Of a stretch of DNA of 64,000 nt, positions 61,531 through 64,000 are shown piece after piece (positions within the stretch are counted from its first letter, which is position 1; every line of letters begins with the position of its first letter). A program made the position numbers and the translations under genes. The DNA lies in the NCBI GenBank assembly GCA_963662275.1, contig OY759316.1, positions 3,968,001 through 4,032,000 on the forward strand, in the 5' to 3' direction. The notes below the pieces were generated by a model that worked only from the letters and a program-made list of their open reading frames with translations, had not been told where the DNA came from and did not search any database. The DNA is from Candidatus Cloacimonadales bacterium (GTDB lineage Bacteria > Cloacimonadota > Cloacimonadia > Cloacimonadales > DAONDQ01).

Positions 61531-61976
61531 AAGATGCTTTATTCATGTCTTTTTTCAACCTTTTTTGTATTAAAAGAGATATCCTTATGGCACATGAACC
61601 GCTCCTAAGTCAGAAAGTAACCAGGTACTAGTCAGATCCTAATCAGCTCCTAACCAGCTCCTAAAGTATTTTAGTTTTTGATTAGCTTATGATGAGTAGG
61701 TTTTTAGTTTCTCACATGTATGTCTTTCGAGGGGTATTTGAAGAAGGTAAGAGGACAGAAGGCAAGAAGATGAGAAGGGAGGGGGAAGATTTGCAGAGTA
61801 GAGCTTACAGTATGGAAGATGACATAATGTAGAGAAAGGAAGACCCCCCTACCCCCCTTCCCAAGGGGGGATGAAGATTTCCTGCCATGAATCCCTACAA
61901 TCTCCCATTTTACATCTTCCATCTTCTTTTTCTTCACTGAACCTGTTACCTGTACCCTGTACCCTGTCAGCTTCTG

Positions 61977-63287
61977 CTACGTTTCCTTCTTCAGTTTTTC
62001 CCACCAATCCATACGTTTTTTGATATCTTTCTCAAAACCGAATTCACCTGGAGTATAGTAGACTTTTTCTTCCATATTGTCAGGGAAGTACCGTTGGTAG
62101 GCATATTTGTTCTGGAATTCATGAGAATATTTGTAACCTTTTCCATAGTCTAAGGTTTTCATTAATTTAGTTGGAGCATTCCGAATAATGAGAGGAACAC
62201 CCAGGTGGCTTGTTTTCCTGGCATCTTCTGCTGCAGCGTTATATGCTGTATAAAGAGCATTGCTCTTGGGTGCAGTTGCCAGATAAACCACTAGTTGAGC
62301 TATGGCATTGGAAGCTTCCGGCATTCCGATAAAATGGACAGCTTCCTTCACAGCAATTGCCTGGATAAGGGCATTCGGATCGGCAAGACCTATATCTTCA
62401 GAAGCAAAACGAGTGAGACGTCTCACAACATATAGCGGATCATCACCTGCTTCCAGCATTCTTGCAGCCCAATACAGCGCAGCTTGTGGATCACTACCAC
62501 GTAAAGACTTATGTAATGCGGAAATAACATTGTAGTGCTCTTCCTTATTCTTATCGTAAAACATAGCACGTTTACTGAGTATCTTGGCAGCGCTATCAAT
62601 ATCAGGTTTCTGTCCTGCTGCTGCATAGCGAATCAGTATCTCCAGGAAGTTGAGTGCTCTTCTTCCATCACCACCGCTTTGAACAGCCAGGTAAGAAATC
62701 ACCTCATCTGAAAAGAAGTCCTGTTTATCGATTTTGCAGATGGCTTGTCGGAGTATATCTTCAATATCATTTTCAGAAAGCATTTCCAGCACAAAGACAT
62801 TGCACCTGGATAGCAACGCAGGAATGACTTCGAAGGAAGGATTTTCAGTTGTAGCTCCAATCAGGATAATGGAACCGGATTCAACATAATGCAGGAAAGC
62901 ATCCTGTTGAGATTTATTGAAACGGTGAATTTCATCGATGAAGAGGATGGTGCTTTCGTTTCGGGTCTTCAGGTTGTATTCTGCTTCTTTCATGACATCC
63001 TTGACTTCCTTGATTCCTGATAACACTGCACTGAAAGGCACAAACCGCTGTTCTGTCTTTTCCTGGATGATTTTAGCAATAGTTGTCTTTCCACTACCGG
63101 GAGGACCCCAGAGAATGAATGACCTGTACTGTCCGGTTTCTATCATTTCTTTCAATAAAGAACCTGATTCCGTCAGTTTGCTTTGTCCCTTCAATTCATC
63201 GAGTGTATGGGGACGCATCTTCTCCGCCAAAGGAATATTGGTAGGAGCTACTTCCTCATGAAATAGGTCTGTTTGGTCTTTTAGCAT
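61977..63287 (-). CDS. rarA: replication-associated recombination protein A
   Basis: PLAEKMRP, WGPPGSGKTT, DEIHRFNK, GATTENP, SALHKS.RGSD, SEDIG.AD. Confidence 0.96.
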   Translation of the reverse strand: MLKDQTDLFHEEVAPTNIPLAEKMRPHTLDELKGQSKLTESGSLLKEMIETGQYRSFILWGPPGSGKTTIAKIIQEKTEQRFVPFSAVLSGIKEVKDVMKEAEYNLKTRNESTILFIDEIHRFNKSQQDAFLHYVESGSIILIGATTENPSFEVIPALLSRCNVFVLEMLSENDIEDILRQAICKIDKQDFFSDEVISYLAVQSGGDGRRALNFLEILIRYAAAGQKPDIDSAAKILSKRAMFYDKNKEEHYNVISALHKSLRGSDPQAALYWAARMLEAGDDPLYVVRRLTRFASEDIGLADPNALIQAIAVKEAVHFIGMPEASNAIAQLVVYLATAPKSNALYTAYNAAAEDARKTSHLGVPLIIRNAPTKLMKTLDYGKGYKYSHEFQNKYAYQRYFPDNMEEKVYYTPGEFGFEKDIKKRMDWWEKLKKET

Positions 63288-63502
63288 ATTCAATCCTTTG
63301 CATCACAGAAGGTGCCAGGTGTTAGGTGCTAGGTACTAGGAAGAATCAAACTCTCCCTTAGTCCCTCCCTTTATCCAAAGGGAGGGAAATCAGACGGTTC
63401 ATTGAGTTGTCATCCTCGACCTGATCGGGGATCCAACCAATATGAAATCATATCGAAATGCACTGATGAAAGCAAGTTCACCCAAGTAAAAAAAATCGTC
63501 TC

Positions 63503-63571
63503 CTCGATACAATTTTGCTCATCTCAATACATCATCTGAAGATGACACTCGATGAACGCAAAATCACTCGG
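63503..63571. repeat. nested CTCGATACA..CACTCG hairpin repeat
   Basis: Outer ctcgataca-attttgc...gcaaaat-cactcgg encloses inner ctcaataca-tcatc-tgaa-gatga-cactcga. Confidence 0.65.
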
Positions 63572-63596
63572 AGAAATCATTTGCTCCTGTAAGCTG

Positions 63597-64000
63597 TTAG
63601 CTGTTAGCTGTAAGCTTTTGCAGTATAAAGACAAATTCACCTTTTGGCAACTTCTCAGCCAGTTCACTCAGCTTACCGAGTTCTCCTTCCAGGAACTGTT
63701 CTTCAGGGAATGTCAGACGATAAGCAATGATGCCTTTTCTCTTGGTGCCTAGCGCTTGCATCATATCACGCAGGAGTTGTTTTAGTCGATAGGGAGTTTC
63801 CAGGAAGATAATATCCCAGTCCTGCCAGTTTCTAATCTTCTTTAAAGCTTGAATGCGTTCTTCCGTATTGGCAGGAAGAAAACCATAATATATAAATCGC
63901 TTGAGATCCAGACCACTACCCATGAGAGCTGTCATTAAAGACGATGCACCCGGGATGGGAATCACTGGAATATTAGCATGTCGGCATAAACGTACCAATT
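63597..64000 (-). CDS. rsmI: RsmI-like 16S rRNA methyltransferase / tetrapyrrole methylase (partial, start outside window)
   Basis: PIPGASS...AL..SG, F.YYGFLP, FLETPYR, LT...E, KGEFV. Confidence 0.8.
   Translation of the reverse strand, partial: LVRLCRHANIPVIPIPGASSLMTALMGSGLDLKRFIYYGFLPANTEERIQALKKIRNWQDWDIIFLETPYRLKQLLRDMMQALGTKRKGIIAYRLTFPEEQFLEGELGKLSELAEKLPKGEFVFILQKLTANS

Noticed and set aside
3372..63752. Numerous short antisense or out-of-frame ORFs in the track
   Set aside because: They are shadows of long, motif-bearing genes.
1..64000. tRNA, rRNA, riboswitch
   Set aside because: None recognised by eye; tRNAscan-SE and Infernal would be needed to exclude them.

Overview
A 64 kb bacterial chromosomal window with moderately low GC. 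The gene content (ComEC-dxr-PorV-like-PcrA operon, AtoDA-type CoA-transferase, RarA, RsmI, a 152-aa orphan-type protein) suggests an anaerobic diderm such as Cloacimonadota; this is inference only. Layout: (1) 0.6-12.1 kb, a + strand defence-type cluster: a proteasome-beta-like Ntn-hydrolase with an unannotated 59-aa partner and its own terminator, a type I R-M system (hsdMSR, with a 12-bp tandem repeat in hsdS), a guanylate-kinase/nucleoside-deoxyribosyltransferase(TIR-like) fusion, a membrane protein followed by two TIR-gene stubs, and a hicBA-like pair. (2) 12.8-32.7 kb, a signalling island: REC-PP2C-antisigma fusion with two glycosyltransferases, a solute-binding protein with hybrid kinases, and a methyl-accepting coiled-coil kinase with a CheB-CheR fusion. 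(3) 33.6-45.6 kb, housekeeping genes on the - strand. (4) 46.0-61.1 kb, a - strand defence hotspot: a truncated SNF2 helicase and a type III Res-like gene with no Mod, with a Lamassu/ABC-3C system (MBL + trypsin effector), an Hpy99I-like type II R-M pair and a DNA-binding protein/Doc pair in between. (5) rarA and a partial rsmI. Intergenic DNA is a mosaic of heptamer, 11-mer and REP-like hairpin repeats, plus IS21-type end remnants. I saw no rRNA, tRNA, CRISPR array or intact transposase. The best candidates for undescribed systems are the Ntn-hydrolase + small-protein operon and the Gmk-NDT + membrane-protein module.
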